Shown here: positions 10,707-22,349 of the stretch, piece by piece
How the letters are laid out: every line of letters starts with the position of its first letter
Numbering within the stretch: position 1 is the stretch's first letter
NCBI GenBank assembly: GCA_002104905.1
Contig: MCFE01000474.1
Span: 1 to 64,000 of the forward strand
From: Basidiobolus meristosporus CBS 931.73
Lineage: Eukaryota; Fungi; Basidiobolomycota
Direction: 5' to 3'
DNA: 64,000 nt
Position numbers and translations under genes: made by a program
The notes under the pieces: model-generated
What the model was told of the DNA's origin: nothing
What the model saw: only the letters and a program-made list of their open reading frames with translations
Database searches by the model: none

Positions 10707-13088
10707 ATAAAGCAAGGAAGGCACTACTCTGAGCAACATAAGTAAGATTGAGTAAAGTTACCAGTAACTGTATCATACCACTGGCATCATGGTAGAGATT
10801 ATAGTGCCAGATAGTGCCATAGAGTGCCAGATCAATCCGGCACCATAAACCGGCTGGCACTCTGTGGCACTATCCAACAGAACAAGTCTATTTGGTTCAC
10901 TTGTGAGTTTGCAGATCATAGCATATTTGTCAAACAGCTTGAAAAGAGAATGATTATCCTGGTACTAATATGAGGACAGTTTAATAATAGCTACAAGCTA
11001 CTAGGGGGCAGTCAAATAGGCAAAATCAGATCTTTCAGCAAATTAGAGTGGTGAGATTGCTGAAAATTGGGCTATTTTCTCTGAGTTATGGTCAAACTTG
11101 ACATGCTTACACAGACAACTAGGCTCAATCAGCCAGCTTCCATCTTGGCAATTATCAGATGCCTGAAAATAGACAATTTTAAGTCAGCCGTAACCCCCCT
11201 CAATGGTAAGTTAAAATAAAGCTACTCCCAGCCAGCTTTTAGGGAACACTATTCATGTATTCATCAGGACACTCTCTAATAATCATTGGTTGGTAGCCCA
11301 ATGTACTCAACAGTATCAGCATATCTAGAGATCAAAGTGACAGCTAGAAAACACAGACAAATGATGCAGAACCAGGGATGTGATTAAATTCCAACAGTTG
11401 AGCATTTTCAGATATCTACAAGGTGCCATTAATGTGATTATTAAGTACTTGGGAGCAGCTATTAGAAGAAGATTTGGCAGTTACAGTGATTTGGAACAGC
11501 ATAGGGATTGAATTAACACACTCCACCACAGGTCATGTATCTCTTTTTGCTGGTACAGTTATTACATAGAATCTCAATAAACAACCAACTGTGGTATCCT
11601 TTACAACTGAGGCAGAGTATAAGGCTACCTGTCATGCAATCAAGTAGGCCATATGGCCACAAACATTACTAAAGGTTTAGGTTTTATTTCAGAGGAACCA
11701 ACTTGTACCTACATGATAAGTTTCTTAAAACCAAAGAGCTTCCAGTATTGCAACAGAAACAACCAACTTTGGTAATTTTAACAACTGAGGCAGACTACAG
11801 GGCTGCTTGATAGGTAACTAAGTAAGAAACATGCCTACATAATTTATTCAAAGTCAAAGGTTGAATTCAGATTCACCAACTTATATTTACAAGGACAATG
11901 AATGTTTAGTTCATCAAATAGATATTCTACCAATTGTGCTAGAACTAAGCTTTACAGTGATACCATAACAAGATCATTTCAGCCACCATGATGGGATAAT
12001 CCACAATCTCTACCTGGGATGAGCTTGTGTCAGAAATTTAGGATGCTTTTGAGTCTCCACACCAGCAGACACTACTAAGAAGGAAGTTAAAGACACTCAG
12101 ACAGAAAGGAATGGTTCAAGAATACATCTATGAGTAAAGATGTCTACTTGGACAAATTGAAAGAATGGACCCCCTGGATCAAGTTGAATACCTTATTGAT
12201 GGGTTGAAAGAAAGAACTCACAAGGAAGTGAATTATCAAAGACCTCAGACTATTGAAGAAGCCATCAAGATTGCCATTGATCATCACTCATCTATGTTTG
12301 GAGCTGGGAAGCCTGCAGTGACTAATCAGAAAGGCTACAATCATTACGAAAGAAGACAGTCAGAAGCAGTACCAATGGAAATAGATGCTAGGCAGAAGAA
12401 CCCCACCTCAGAAGAATGAAGGAAGAAAGGACTTTGTTTCAATTGCCACCAGCAAGGACACATCTCAAAGTACTGCCCCCAGAGAAGAAATGGACACCAG
12501 CCAGCAAGAACCTTCAACCATATTGAGTCCCATGAACACAGTAATGTGGAAGATGAGCTTGAAGAAGACTTAGAACTCACCTTCCATGTGACAGAAGGGT
12601 ACTTGTCCCAAATGACCTCAAACTCAGGGAAGTTATTGTACCTAAATGCAGTAATCTATGGAGTACCTGCCAAAATCATGATTGACTCAGGAGCATCACA
12701 TGAATACATGTCAGACAATTTGCCTTGAAAGCTGGAACCAACTTGGAAATTACCAAATCAAATTCAGTCTCCACAGCTGATGGGAACTCTCACATAATCA
12801 ACCATATCACCCAGTCAATAAGAATGAAGATCAATGCCTATGAAGAGAACCTACAGGCTTATATATTTGGGAGCTGCAAGTTTGACCTTGTACTTTGAAA
12901 AAACCTGGCTATTTTGTTGTAATCCATCAATCAACCGGAGAACCCATGCTACTCAGATCCAAAAGGACAACAATACCTATGAGCTATTGCCTGCTAGACT
13001 GGATTTCAACTTGGTTAATTCCAGTATGTGTGAGACAAGTGAACTTAGCAAGAGCCAGTTCTGTTGAGCACTTAGAAAAGGTACCCAG

Positions 13089-14648
13089 ATGTTCCTCATG
13101 GCGGTATTACAGGAGGATTCCTCTACCCCAGCACCCCAGCAGGTCCAGACTCTCATGAAGAAATATTCAGACGTGTTTCCAGATGAGCTTGTAAGCCTAC
13201 CACCAGTCAGAGATGTGGAACATGTCATTGACACAAGTGATAGCCCTCCAGTGAGCAAGACACCTTACAGAACGAGTCCATTGGAATTGGAGGAAATGAA
13301 GAGACAAATTGATCAGCTATTGGAGCAAGGATACATCAGACCCAGCAAGTCACCTTGGGGAGCACCAGTGCTTTTTGCAAAAAAGAAGGATGGAACACTT
13401 AGGAGGTGCATTGACTACAGAGCCCTGAACTCAGTTACCGTCAAGAATAAATACCCCATACCTTGGATTGATGAGCTTTTGGACCAACTTAATGGAGCCA
13501 CCATATTCAGCAAGATTGACTTCATGTCAGGATACAACCAGATTAGGGTGAAACCAGAAGATATCCCTACAACAGCATTCAGGACCAGATATGGACATTA
13601 CAAGTACTTAGTCATGAGTTTTGGCCTTACCAATGCCCCTGCAACATTCATGACCCTGATGCAGACTGTCTACCAGGAGTACTTAGACAAGTTTGTGATA
13701 ATCTACCTAGATGACATATTGATATACAGCAAGACAGAAGAGGATCACTTAGTACACATTGAAAAGGTCTTGAAGAAGCTAAGAGAGAACAAGCTATATG
13801 GAAAGCTAGCCAAGTATGATTTCTTCAAGGAACATGTTGAATGTCTGGGACCCATAGTGACTAGCACAGGAGTGACCTTAGACCCTAAGAAGGTTGAAGT
13901 TACCAAGAATTTGAAGCAGCCCCATAGTATATCAAAACTCAGATCATTCCTTGGAATGGCATCCTATTATCAGAGATTTGTCAAGTTCTTTGCAAGCATT
14001 GCAGCCCCTTTAACTTATATCCGCAAGAAAGATAACACTTACAAGCAGGACATAGCCTGTGAGACTGCATTTCAGACACTCAAGAATCAACTTGCCAAGC
14101 TGCCAAGCTCAAGAATACCTGACTTCCAAAAAGAGTTTACCCTGTGCACAGATACTTCAGATTATGCAATTGGTGGAGTACTAAGCCAAGAACACAAGGG
14201 AAAGGACTACCCAGTTGCCTTTGGGTCCAAGAAACTGAACTCAGCAGAACAAAACTATCCTGTGCATGAGAAGGAGATGCTTGCTATAATACGCTGTTTG
14301 AAGACATGGAGATGCTATATTGAAGGAGTCAAATGCCCTGTAAATACTGATCATGTCTCACTGAAGTATATATTTACTCAGAAGCTTCTATCCAGAAGAA
14401 TGACAAGATGGAGTGAATACATTCAGCAATTTGACTTGGAGAATGTCTACTGCCCTGGGAAAAACAACATGGTTGGTGATACCTTATCAAGACTAAAACA
14501 AGTGGCAAAACTCAACTTGGTGCATGAATCAGATTGGCCTAGCTTATTGCCACAATACTTGGAGGACCAAGCCATTCCTAATGAGTTGGATGAAGAGATA
14601 AAGAAGATAATCCGGGATGAAGCCAGCAAATTTGTTGTACGGGATTAA
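13089..14648 (+). CDS. Gypsy RT-RNase H ORF fragment (519 aa)
   Basis: SPWGAPVLFAKKKDGTLRRCIDYRALN, FGLTNAPATF, YLDDILIYS, TDTSDYAIGGVLSQ, EKEMLAI. Confidence 0.92.
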   Translation: MFLMAVLQEDSSTPAPQQVQTLMKKYSDVFPDELVSLPPVRDVEHVIDTSDSPPVSKTPYRTSPLELEEMKRQIDQLLEQGYIRPSKSPWGAPVLFAKKKDGTLRRCIDYRALNSVTVKNKYPIPWIDELLDQLNGATIFSKIDFMSGYNQIRVKPEDIPTTAFRTRYGHYKYLVMSFGLTNAPATFMTLMQTVYQEYLDKFVIIYLDDILIYSKTEEDHLVHIEKVLKKLRENKLYGKLAKYDFFKEHVECLGPIVTSTGVTLDPKKVEVTKNLKQPHSISKLRSFLGMASYYQRFVKFFASIAAPLTYIRKKDNTYKQDIACETAFQTLKNQLAKLPSSRIPDFQKEFTLCTDTSDYAIGGVLSQEHKGKDYPVAFGSKKLNSAEQNYPVHEKEMLAIIRCLKTWRCYIEGVKCPVNTDHVSLKYIFTQKLLSRRMTRWSEYIQQFDLENVYCPGKNNMVGDTLSRLKQVAKLNLVHESDWPSLLPQYLEDQAIPNELDEEIKKIIRDEASKFVVRD

Positions 14649-15810
14649 ACACTCTACCAAATTGTAGATGGAGGTCCTATTGCCTATTGCCCTTATGTTG
14701 CTTGCCTGGATATAATACATAAGCTGCACAATGGATATGGTCATCTTGGGATTGAAGGAACCTATAGCCTTGTGAAAGCCAGAGCTTAGTGGCCAAGAAT
14801 GAAACAAGATAATGAGAAGCTAGTGAAAACATGCCCAAGCTGCCAAATTAATCAAGGCCAGCTACAAAGAATTGCCAAACTGTTTCCTTTGGAGCCTGTA
14901 AGACCATTTGAGAGATGAGGAATTGACTTTATTGGGAGACTGCCAACTACCAGGAAATGCAACTTTTGGATCCTAGTAGCAATTGACCATGGTACTAAAT
15001 GGCCAGTTGCTAAAGATGTACCAATAGCCAGTGAACAAGAAGTTGCAAGTTTCATTTACCACAAGATCCTGATGAAGTTTGGATGCCCTGTGGAGATTGT
15101 ATCTGATAGAAGAGCAAACTTTATGGCAAAGACATTAGAGGCTTACCTGGAAATGCAGCAGATTAAGCACTTGAAAACCTTGGCATATCACCCCAGAACT
15201 AATGGAGTCACTGAGTGGGTTAATGGATTGTTTGAAAAAATGCTGACCAAGTATGCAAATTGAGTTGTCAGTAGATGGGATGAGTATATAGACCAAGCAC
15301 TCTTTGCATGCAAAGTCAGAGTATACAACACCATCCAGCAATTGCCATTTTACTTAGTCTATGGATGTGAACCAAGGATTCCTGGAGATCCCACACAACC
15401 AAAGCTTACAGACACCTTAGAAGATGAACTCAGTCAGCCAAGTAGACACCAGCAACTGGAATATAGACGTCAAGAGGCATAGACCAAAGTATCTCAGATT
15501 GCAGAAAAGATGTAGCAGAGATTTGATAAGACTATAGCACTAGAAGCATTGACAGTTGAGAACTTTGTATTGCTAAGAAATACCACTTGGAAGAGGTTTG
15601 AGCCACAATGGGCAGGACCATTCAAGATCATCAGAGAATGTCCATTTGCAACTTACCAACTAGTGGACAAACAAGGCAATATCCATGAAGACTTAGTGCA
15701 TAGGGACAGACTCAAACTTGCAAGACTTGCTGATAATACTGAACCATCAAGATATTGGTATCACAGGAAAAGAGATTCAGGAGAACCCTCTCAACTTTAG
15801 CAGGGGAGAA

Positions 15811-16179
15811 TGTTATGATCTGCTCCTTGAATATTTAAGTTAGATCAGTTTTTAGTCAAATCAATTAGTTATATATTTAGCTTATCAGTATAACAGTATT
15901 ATCTATCAAATCCGTGGTATTAGTCAGCAAAAGAATCAGCAGATCCTTATCAGACAGAAATAGATATATTAAGTAGGATCTTAATGGGTGATGATGATGC
16001 AATCAAATGAGTCATCAGCCACAGCCTACTTTAGGAAATACAATTAGTCAGCAATTAATCTGGCTAAATGTATATAAGGAGCTGCTGGAATCTCAATAAA
16101 GAACCGTTCAAGTTTTAGTGAATACAATACTAGCTAAACTCCCTATTCCTCTACAACTCTTATACCAAGACTTGTAACA
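15811..16179 (+). repeat. Gypsy LTR family B (369 bp), 3' LTR of G2
   Basis: TGTTA...GTAACA ends after the PPT; internal TATATAA and AATAAA; similar to 4159-4528. Confidence 0.9.
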
Positions 16180-16299
16180 AATACCTTCTGAGGAAAATGG
16201 TACTTGAGTGAGGCATAATCAGTTATCAGAGTGCCCTTAACTCCTTCAAAGTAGCTCCCTAATGTCTTCAGAAAACAAAAAGCATCTCCTTCTCATGCA

Positions 16300-17100
16300 C
16301 TTGGTAGTTTTACTCTGCTAAGTGCAATATATTGGGCTCAGAAGCAACTGAGTATTCCTTTGTGTCACGTTCTTGGCCTTCTATTCCACCAGTTTCACAA
16401 CTTCATGTATCAGTGCTGATATAAAACTTTTTTCTGAAGTCAGGTCTCACAAGCTTTGTTCCACTTGAGTGCATTGTCTCTGTTGAGGTCTTCAGCTAAG
16501 GGGCTGCTATGCTAGCAAAGAACCTGGCAAATCTCCAATGATGCAGAGCCTTTCTAGGATATTGATCATTTATTATGGAGCTGCATCAGATACCTGATGA
16601 CTTGAATTTTCTTGGGGTCCAGAGTCACTCCAGTCTTCATGACCATGTGTTCAAGAGATCCATTGGGTACATTGAAAAGCTTAGACTTGAGCAGCTTTCA
16701 GTAGAGCTTACTCCATCTTAGCTTCTCCAGGACCTTTTAATATTTATCAAGTGGACCTCTTCTGTCTCCCAGTTTATCAATATGTCATCTAGGTAGATTA
16801 CCACAAGCTTGTCCAAGCATTGATGGATTGCAGTTTGCATCAAGGTCATGAATGTTGCTGGGTAAGGCCAAAACTCATGACTGACTACTCACGGTACCTA
16901 TATCTGGTCCTGAGTGCTGTCTTGAAGACATCTTCTGGTTTCACACTAGTCTAGTTGTATCCCAACATGAGGTCAGCTTGCTGAATATAGTGGCACCATT
17001 CAGTTGGTCCAAACAATCAGTAATCCCAGATATAGAGCACCTTTTCTCTGTATTAGCTGAGCTCAGGGCTTTGTAGTCAGGTTGAAATAATACAGAGAAA
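16300..17100 (-). mobile_element. Heavily decayed gypsy RT/RNase H remnant (ends approximate)
   Basis: LDQLNGATIFSKL on the minus strand; RNase H-like GG..QE..KEYSVA further down. Confidence 0.6.
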
Positions 17101-17840
17101 TGCTGGAAGTGAATTAGTGAATCTGTTGATTTGCATGATATACACAGGTAATTTGGTTGAGTTGCAACTAAGTTTTTACGTAGTAAAGAACCACACAAAT
17201 ATTACTATTTGTAGTTTATAAGAGCAATATCAGAAATAAATATTCCACGTCTCATCTCCTCTGGGCAAATTTGAGATTTCCTCAAAATTCTATACCTCAC
17301 AAAATCCTTATAATCAGCAAACATCCTGCAAACTAATTTCTATAATGATAGTGTGAGATACCTCAGTTGCCTAATTGCCTGTTCATACTACATTAAGAGT
17401 ATGACGGCCTCCTGAGTAAGTTAACACCCCTCCAACATAATGAAACCATACAGTCATGAACTTTCTTGGTTATTTCTATTGTCTTGTCAAGATCAAACCT
17501 GCAATAAAGCATCTAAACTATTGGACTAATATATTCTGTATTACATGATATGGCATACATATTATTTTGCATGACTAAAAATTAAAACATTATGGCAATT
17601 AATACTTCAGATCTAAATTCTGGTCTCATTAGAAGATAACTATGAGTGAACATTAATAGCCTGATCAGAGTAATCTTCTCAAAAACCCATCTAATTCTAG
17701 CAAATAGCTTATCTCTAGGTAGCTGCACTGTTGGGTTTTTGCTGCTAAATATGACTTACTTAGATCTTAATATCAGATTTGTTCTGGTGAATATGGACAT
17801 ATAGAGCAATGGGTGCTAATAAGGGACACAGAGGCCAGAG

Positions 17841-17980
17841 GAGCATAGCAGACCTGTACTTTGCCATGCAATATGAAACATGATTTTGCATTGTTATAGG
17901 TAATACATAAGAACAGCTTTGCATAATGATGCAAAATTATGTTTCACATTGTAAGGCCAGGTATAGGTCTGCTATGGCTC
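17841..17980. repeat. Imperfect inverted repeat (~57-bp arms, ~25-bp loop)
   Basis: GAGCATAGCAGACCTGTAC...TTTTGCATTGTTAT versus the reverse complement of ATAATGATGCAAAA...GGTCTGCTATGGCTC; mismatches mostly transitions. Confidence 0.75.
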
Positions 17981-18319
17981 TCAGACACACTGCTGCACTT
18001 TTTGGCACTCATTACGCACTGTGAAACTATCCCAAGGTATATTTCTTTAGCAACTGACTCAGCATAATATTTGTAAGATGCTTTTTAACCATGGATCATA
18101 GATTTTGCCATACCAGTTATTGCTCTATTCCCATATTCTGACACTACATTTGGCTGTGGGGAGTATGGTACTGGAGTTTCCTGCTTTTCCTATGGGCCTT
18201 GGATGAGTGGATGAGGACTTGTGAGGTGTAGTCTCTACCATTGTTAGAGTGTATCTAGTTGACTTCACCACTTCCTCTCTCTACCATGAACTTTTACTCC
18301 CTAAGCTTTAATATTGCTC

Positions 18320-18560
18320 CTTTGTTTTCACTCTGTGAAGTATACCCACATTGATCTTGTACAATCTTCAAGATGTGCAAACAAATACCACATTATCTTG
18401 GAGAATAAGCTGTGAACTGGCCCATACAGATCCAAGAAAATCAGAACTATTTTTTCCTTATTTTTTTTTAACCAAGAGCTCTTAGGTAGTTTTTTGGCTT
18501 GTTTCATAAATACACATGCTTTGTACAGCAGCAATTCACCTGAGGACAAATTCACACTCA
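18320..18560 (-). mobile_element. Decayed copia integrase fragment
   Basis: LIFLDLYGPV...LEDCTRSMWVYF resembles copia LIHSDLCGP...IDDYTRYTWVYF. Confidence 0.6.
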
Positions 18561-19042
18561 GAAATCAGCTGAAATGAATCTTAAACTTCTCTTTTGGTGA
18601 TTGTTATAGAGTGTTAGGCCCTCTGGTTCTTTCTGGTTATATGAGTATGATTTTCTTAATGCTTAATCCAAGAGCCTGATACTTACAGAGTTTATTGTGA
18701 AATCTTTGTTTCCATATTTTAGCAGTATTAAAGTTGCAAAATTCTGAGGAGTAGAGGAATTGTTGTGTAAAACTAGAGGACTTACATGTTATCTACAGGT
18801 ATATTTACTGGTCAAGTGCATGGTTTTCATACACCTGAAAAGTAAAGCATAAGTACATACAGATCTTGTTAAGCAAGGTCCCAACAATATGTGTGTAAAG
18901 TGTGGGTCTTTTGAACAGCTGTGAGAAAGATTATAATGAGGCAACCTGATGCATTAATGAAAATATTACAAGTAAGTCCAACAACAAATTTGGTCCAGAC
19001 AGAAATCTAATCCAGTAATAAGATCTAGGTGGCTAAGATAGT

Positions 19043-19677
19043 AAACTTGTTCCATTAAATAGTGCCACATTGAGCCATGAGTGCTAAATAGTGTCATTGT
19101 GTTGGAGAAAATCCATTTTTTGACCTTTTTTTTTGGGTTAATGTTGTACAGAATGTGAAAGAGTACAGAGGACTGAAGACATGCATTTAGTACTCAAAAC
19201 CCATGGCACTCTGAATATAGCTCCTGTGGCTTATATCTTGTCACCAAAATGAATGGCACTATCTTGGTCCACTGATACTATCTGGTACCTCAAGTACTGT
19301 GTACAGGTCTTACCTTAGGGTTAATAATTAAATATAGTGCCTGATAGTATCAGTGGACCAAAATAGTGCCATTCATTTTTGTGACATGATTCAAGCAACA
19401 GGAGCTAGATTACAAGTGCCATAGGTATTGAGTACCAAGTACATGTCTTCAATTCTTCTGTGCTCTTACACAGCATTCTCAACATCAATCCAAAAAAAAA
19501 GTCAAAAAATAAATTTTCTCTGTACCATGAGTGAAACACAAGGGCTGCTTTGCATGAAGATGCAGAGCTATGTTTCAAACTCTGTGGCCAAGTATAGGCT
19601 CACTTGGCCTCCCTGACATACTATGGCATCAATTGGCACTCATGGCTCAATGTGGGACTATCCAATGGAACAAGTCT
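19043..19677. mobile_element. Foldback MITE of the H1 family, TSD AGT
   Basis: Ends AAACTTGTTCC...GGAACAAGTCT; AGT at 19040-19042 and 19678-19680; ~250-bp internal inverted arms around a ~45-bp spacer. Confidence 0.8.
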
Positions 19678-20058
19678 AGTGTAGATATTTAAGTTACAAC
19701 TTAAAACTACAACTTCTACTAATGCACTATTTATAAGTACAAGAGACATTTGCAGAATGTGCAATCAATAATAAGCATTTTTAGCTTAATTATGTTATAC
19801 ACTGGACTGTTGTATGATCCAACAGTATTTGGATTGGTGTATAATCTGATTGAAAAGTAATTTTAATTCAGTGTTCATATCTATTACATGGTTTTCCTAA
19901 TATCAAAGAAATCTGATCATAAAGTATCATCAACTTGATCACTGGCAAAGAATTGAATGTTGAAATGAGCTTTCTTGCCAGATGCCATGACATTATATAA
20001 ACTCTGGGCCAACCAATGCTTCTTATTTGAGTAAAATGACCCACTTTTGGTCATTTTG

Positions 20059-20458
20059 TGTTACAAGTCCTGGCATAAGAGTTGTAGAGGAATTGGGAGT
20101 CTAGCCAGTATTATATTCACTAAAACTTGAACTGATTCTTATTGAGGTTCCAGCAGCTGCTTATATATGTTTTTGTCAGATTAATTGCTAACTACGTATA
20201 TTTCCTAATGTAGGTTGTGGCTGATGACTCCATTTGGTGCATACTCATTGCCCAATAATATCCTACTTATTATATCTGTTCCTGTCTGATAAGGATCTGC
20301 TGATTCATCTGCTGATTAATGCTACTGATGTGATAGATAACACTGATATACTGATGGCTGAACATAAAACTATTTGATTTGACTAAAACTGTTCCAACAT
20401 AAACACTCAAGCGGTATATCATAATAGTTGAAGTTTTGTTATTTACAGCAGATCTGCA
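20059..20458 (-). repeat. Solo gypsy LTR family B
   Basis: Reverse complement matches 15811-16179 end to end; no clear TSD. Confidence 0.8.
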
Positions 20459-20749
20459 GCTGCCTGATTTCCATGCAGCAATCTTATTCACTTGTGCACC
20501 TAAGCATTAAGTCCATAATAGGCTCAGGGACAGCTCTCTCCATCATATAGACTCCATATAAGCTAAAAAACAATCACTTACTTTACATCAAGGTAAGGTT
20601 TGTCACTTACTGCAGATCTGGAGTTTCATTCTTTCTAGGCACTGTGGCACAAACATAATTGCCAAAAAAAATTCTTACTGAGCTCTGAGCTGGGACAGGC
20701 TACTCACAATTCAGTCCCATCTATTGAGTGATGCTTATTTACAAGAATT

Positions 20750-20960
20750 AGACTTGTTCCATCATTCCAGCTGATCATAGTGCCCAATAGTGCCATAGCA
20801 TGCCAGATGGTGCCTGATCATGCCTCAGAGTGCCAGATGGTGCCATACAGTGCCAATTTGGGATCAAAATTGACATGCATATGACCCTAAAATATTAAAT
20901 TAATAACAAAATATACAGCACTCTCTGGCACTATGATCAATGGCACAATGGAACAAGTCT
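20750..20960. mobile_element. 211-bp MITE of the H1 family, TSD ATT
   Basis: AGACTTGTTCCAT...ATGGAACAAGTCT; ATT at 20747-20749 and 20961-20963; tandem GTGCCA-like motifs. Confidence 0.88.
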
Positions 20961-21049
20961 ATTATCTACACTGGTCATCTTTGTCCTCCTTATGAATAAA
21001 GACTTTCTTTGGACTATTTACTTCATTTATAGTAGATTCAATGTCACAG

Positions 21050-22190
21050 TTCTCTTGCTGACTACATTTTTTGAGCAGATCTAACCAGCCAGTGCATCCA
21101 ATTGCCATATATAGAGAAAAACTTGGCAGTGTTTTGGTAGCCTTGTTGTGGACATCTGTTGGTACTAAAATGGCAGTATGGTGGCCTATAGCTAATCCTG
21201 TATAATGCTAGCATAATTATCACCAAAATGGTATATCCTTTTGCTACCTACCATTCTACAATTCATATATACCATTGTAGAGCCACCCTTATTTTTTGCT
21301 TATCCACTACTACCATGGGAATTCCACTTAGAGTTTCAAGGAGTTACTTGTTGATCGTGAGGTTAGGCTTAATCTTAGTGTTGAGTATGGGGACTTCTAC
21401 AGGTCTGTACATCTTGTAAATGAGTTAAAACTGAGGATTGAATGGAAATAAACCAACTTGTATGCATGAAAAGTTAGTTCATTGTTTGAGTCCAAAAACA
21501 TGCAATGTAAAAAGACGCAATAGACAATCTGTGTATTCAAATGTAATAGAAGATTGAGTATCTGGGATAAGAAAGTGAGAGAATTGGTAGAGGATTAATC
21601 AAACACTACTCATCAGTTAATGCAATGAGAATCTTAACCATGTTTTATGCAAAATCTGGGGTTCTACTTCTAGTTGACAATCTTTGCATGGTGTCCTGAC
21701 AGCACCAATACCTCTTAGTCATCAAATCTTAGTATTGCAATGGCCTTTTGTCTGAGTTATCATAGTTATTTTTAGGGCTTGTATTACCATCTGTGTGACG
21801 GTTGACCATTTGTACCATGCACAAGGTAAGTTTCATCCTGAAATGATTATGGCAAGAAGTAGTAGTAAATCCTCAAAGCCCTCATTACTGATATTAGTGG
21901 AAGCATGCCTCTTCTCTAGCCACAGCATTACATTATTCCATGGTATATGGAATACTGGGTCCCCTTGACTCCATAAAGTATCCTTGGCATTTTGTTCCAC
22001 AGGTATTGTCTCATTGCATAATAGGATTTTGCCAGACTCATGCAGGGTACTACTGTTAGGGAGGATAGGTTCACAATAGCCAAGAACTTACAATTACTAT
22101 GAGAAGCAATTGTAATGATCCAGTCAGGAGGCTGTCCTAAAATTAAAGTCTCATAACTAAGAGATATAGATCCCATCAGGACACTGTGCA
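21050..22190. mobile_element. Very decayed retroelement remnants (copia-like RT on minus, gypsy-like integrase on plus)
   Basis: Weak motifs only: RMVGS (minus, ~21250) and TVDHL (plus, ~21800). Confidence 0.35.
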
Positions 22191-22349
22191 AAGACCATCA
22201 AGAGAGAATTGCACCCTGTATATCACAAAAAACTTAGTCAAGATTATTCATCACAAAAATGTAGAAGTTACCTTTGATTGGCTCTCTGCCAGTTCTCTCA
22301 CTTTCTTAACCCAGATGCTTAGTCACCTCCTATGTCTGCGTACCTTGAT

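Larger units (their letters stand above)
7457..10889. mobile_element. Full-length PHIS-superfamily (Pangu/Harbinger-like) DNA transposon H1, 3433 bp
   Basis: TIR AGACTTGTTC...GAACAAGTCT, TSD ATT (7454-7456 and 10890-10892), two divergent genes, subterminal GTGCCA/GGCAC repeats. Confidence 0.9.
6820..11900 (+). mobile_element. Decayed copia RT-RNase H, interrupted by a MITE remnant and PHIS element H1 (ends approximate)
   Basis: KYKAGLVAKGFSQIEGLDF at ~6830; KIHTYLEEI/WFTCEFADHSIFVKQ reads in frame across the H1 site; KQPT..TTEAEY RNase H motif at ~11580 and ~11757. Confidence 0.75.
11985..16179 (+). mobile_element. Ty3/gypsy copy G2: gag, protease, RT, RNase H, integrase, PPT, 3' LTR; no 5' LTR (start approximate)
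   Basis: gag TWDEL..LRQKG, CCHC knuckle CFNCHQQGHISKYC, protease IDSGAS, RT YLDD, integrase with GPF motif, PPT at 15803-15810. Several stops and frameshifts. Confidence 0.92.
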
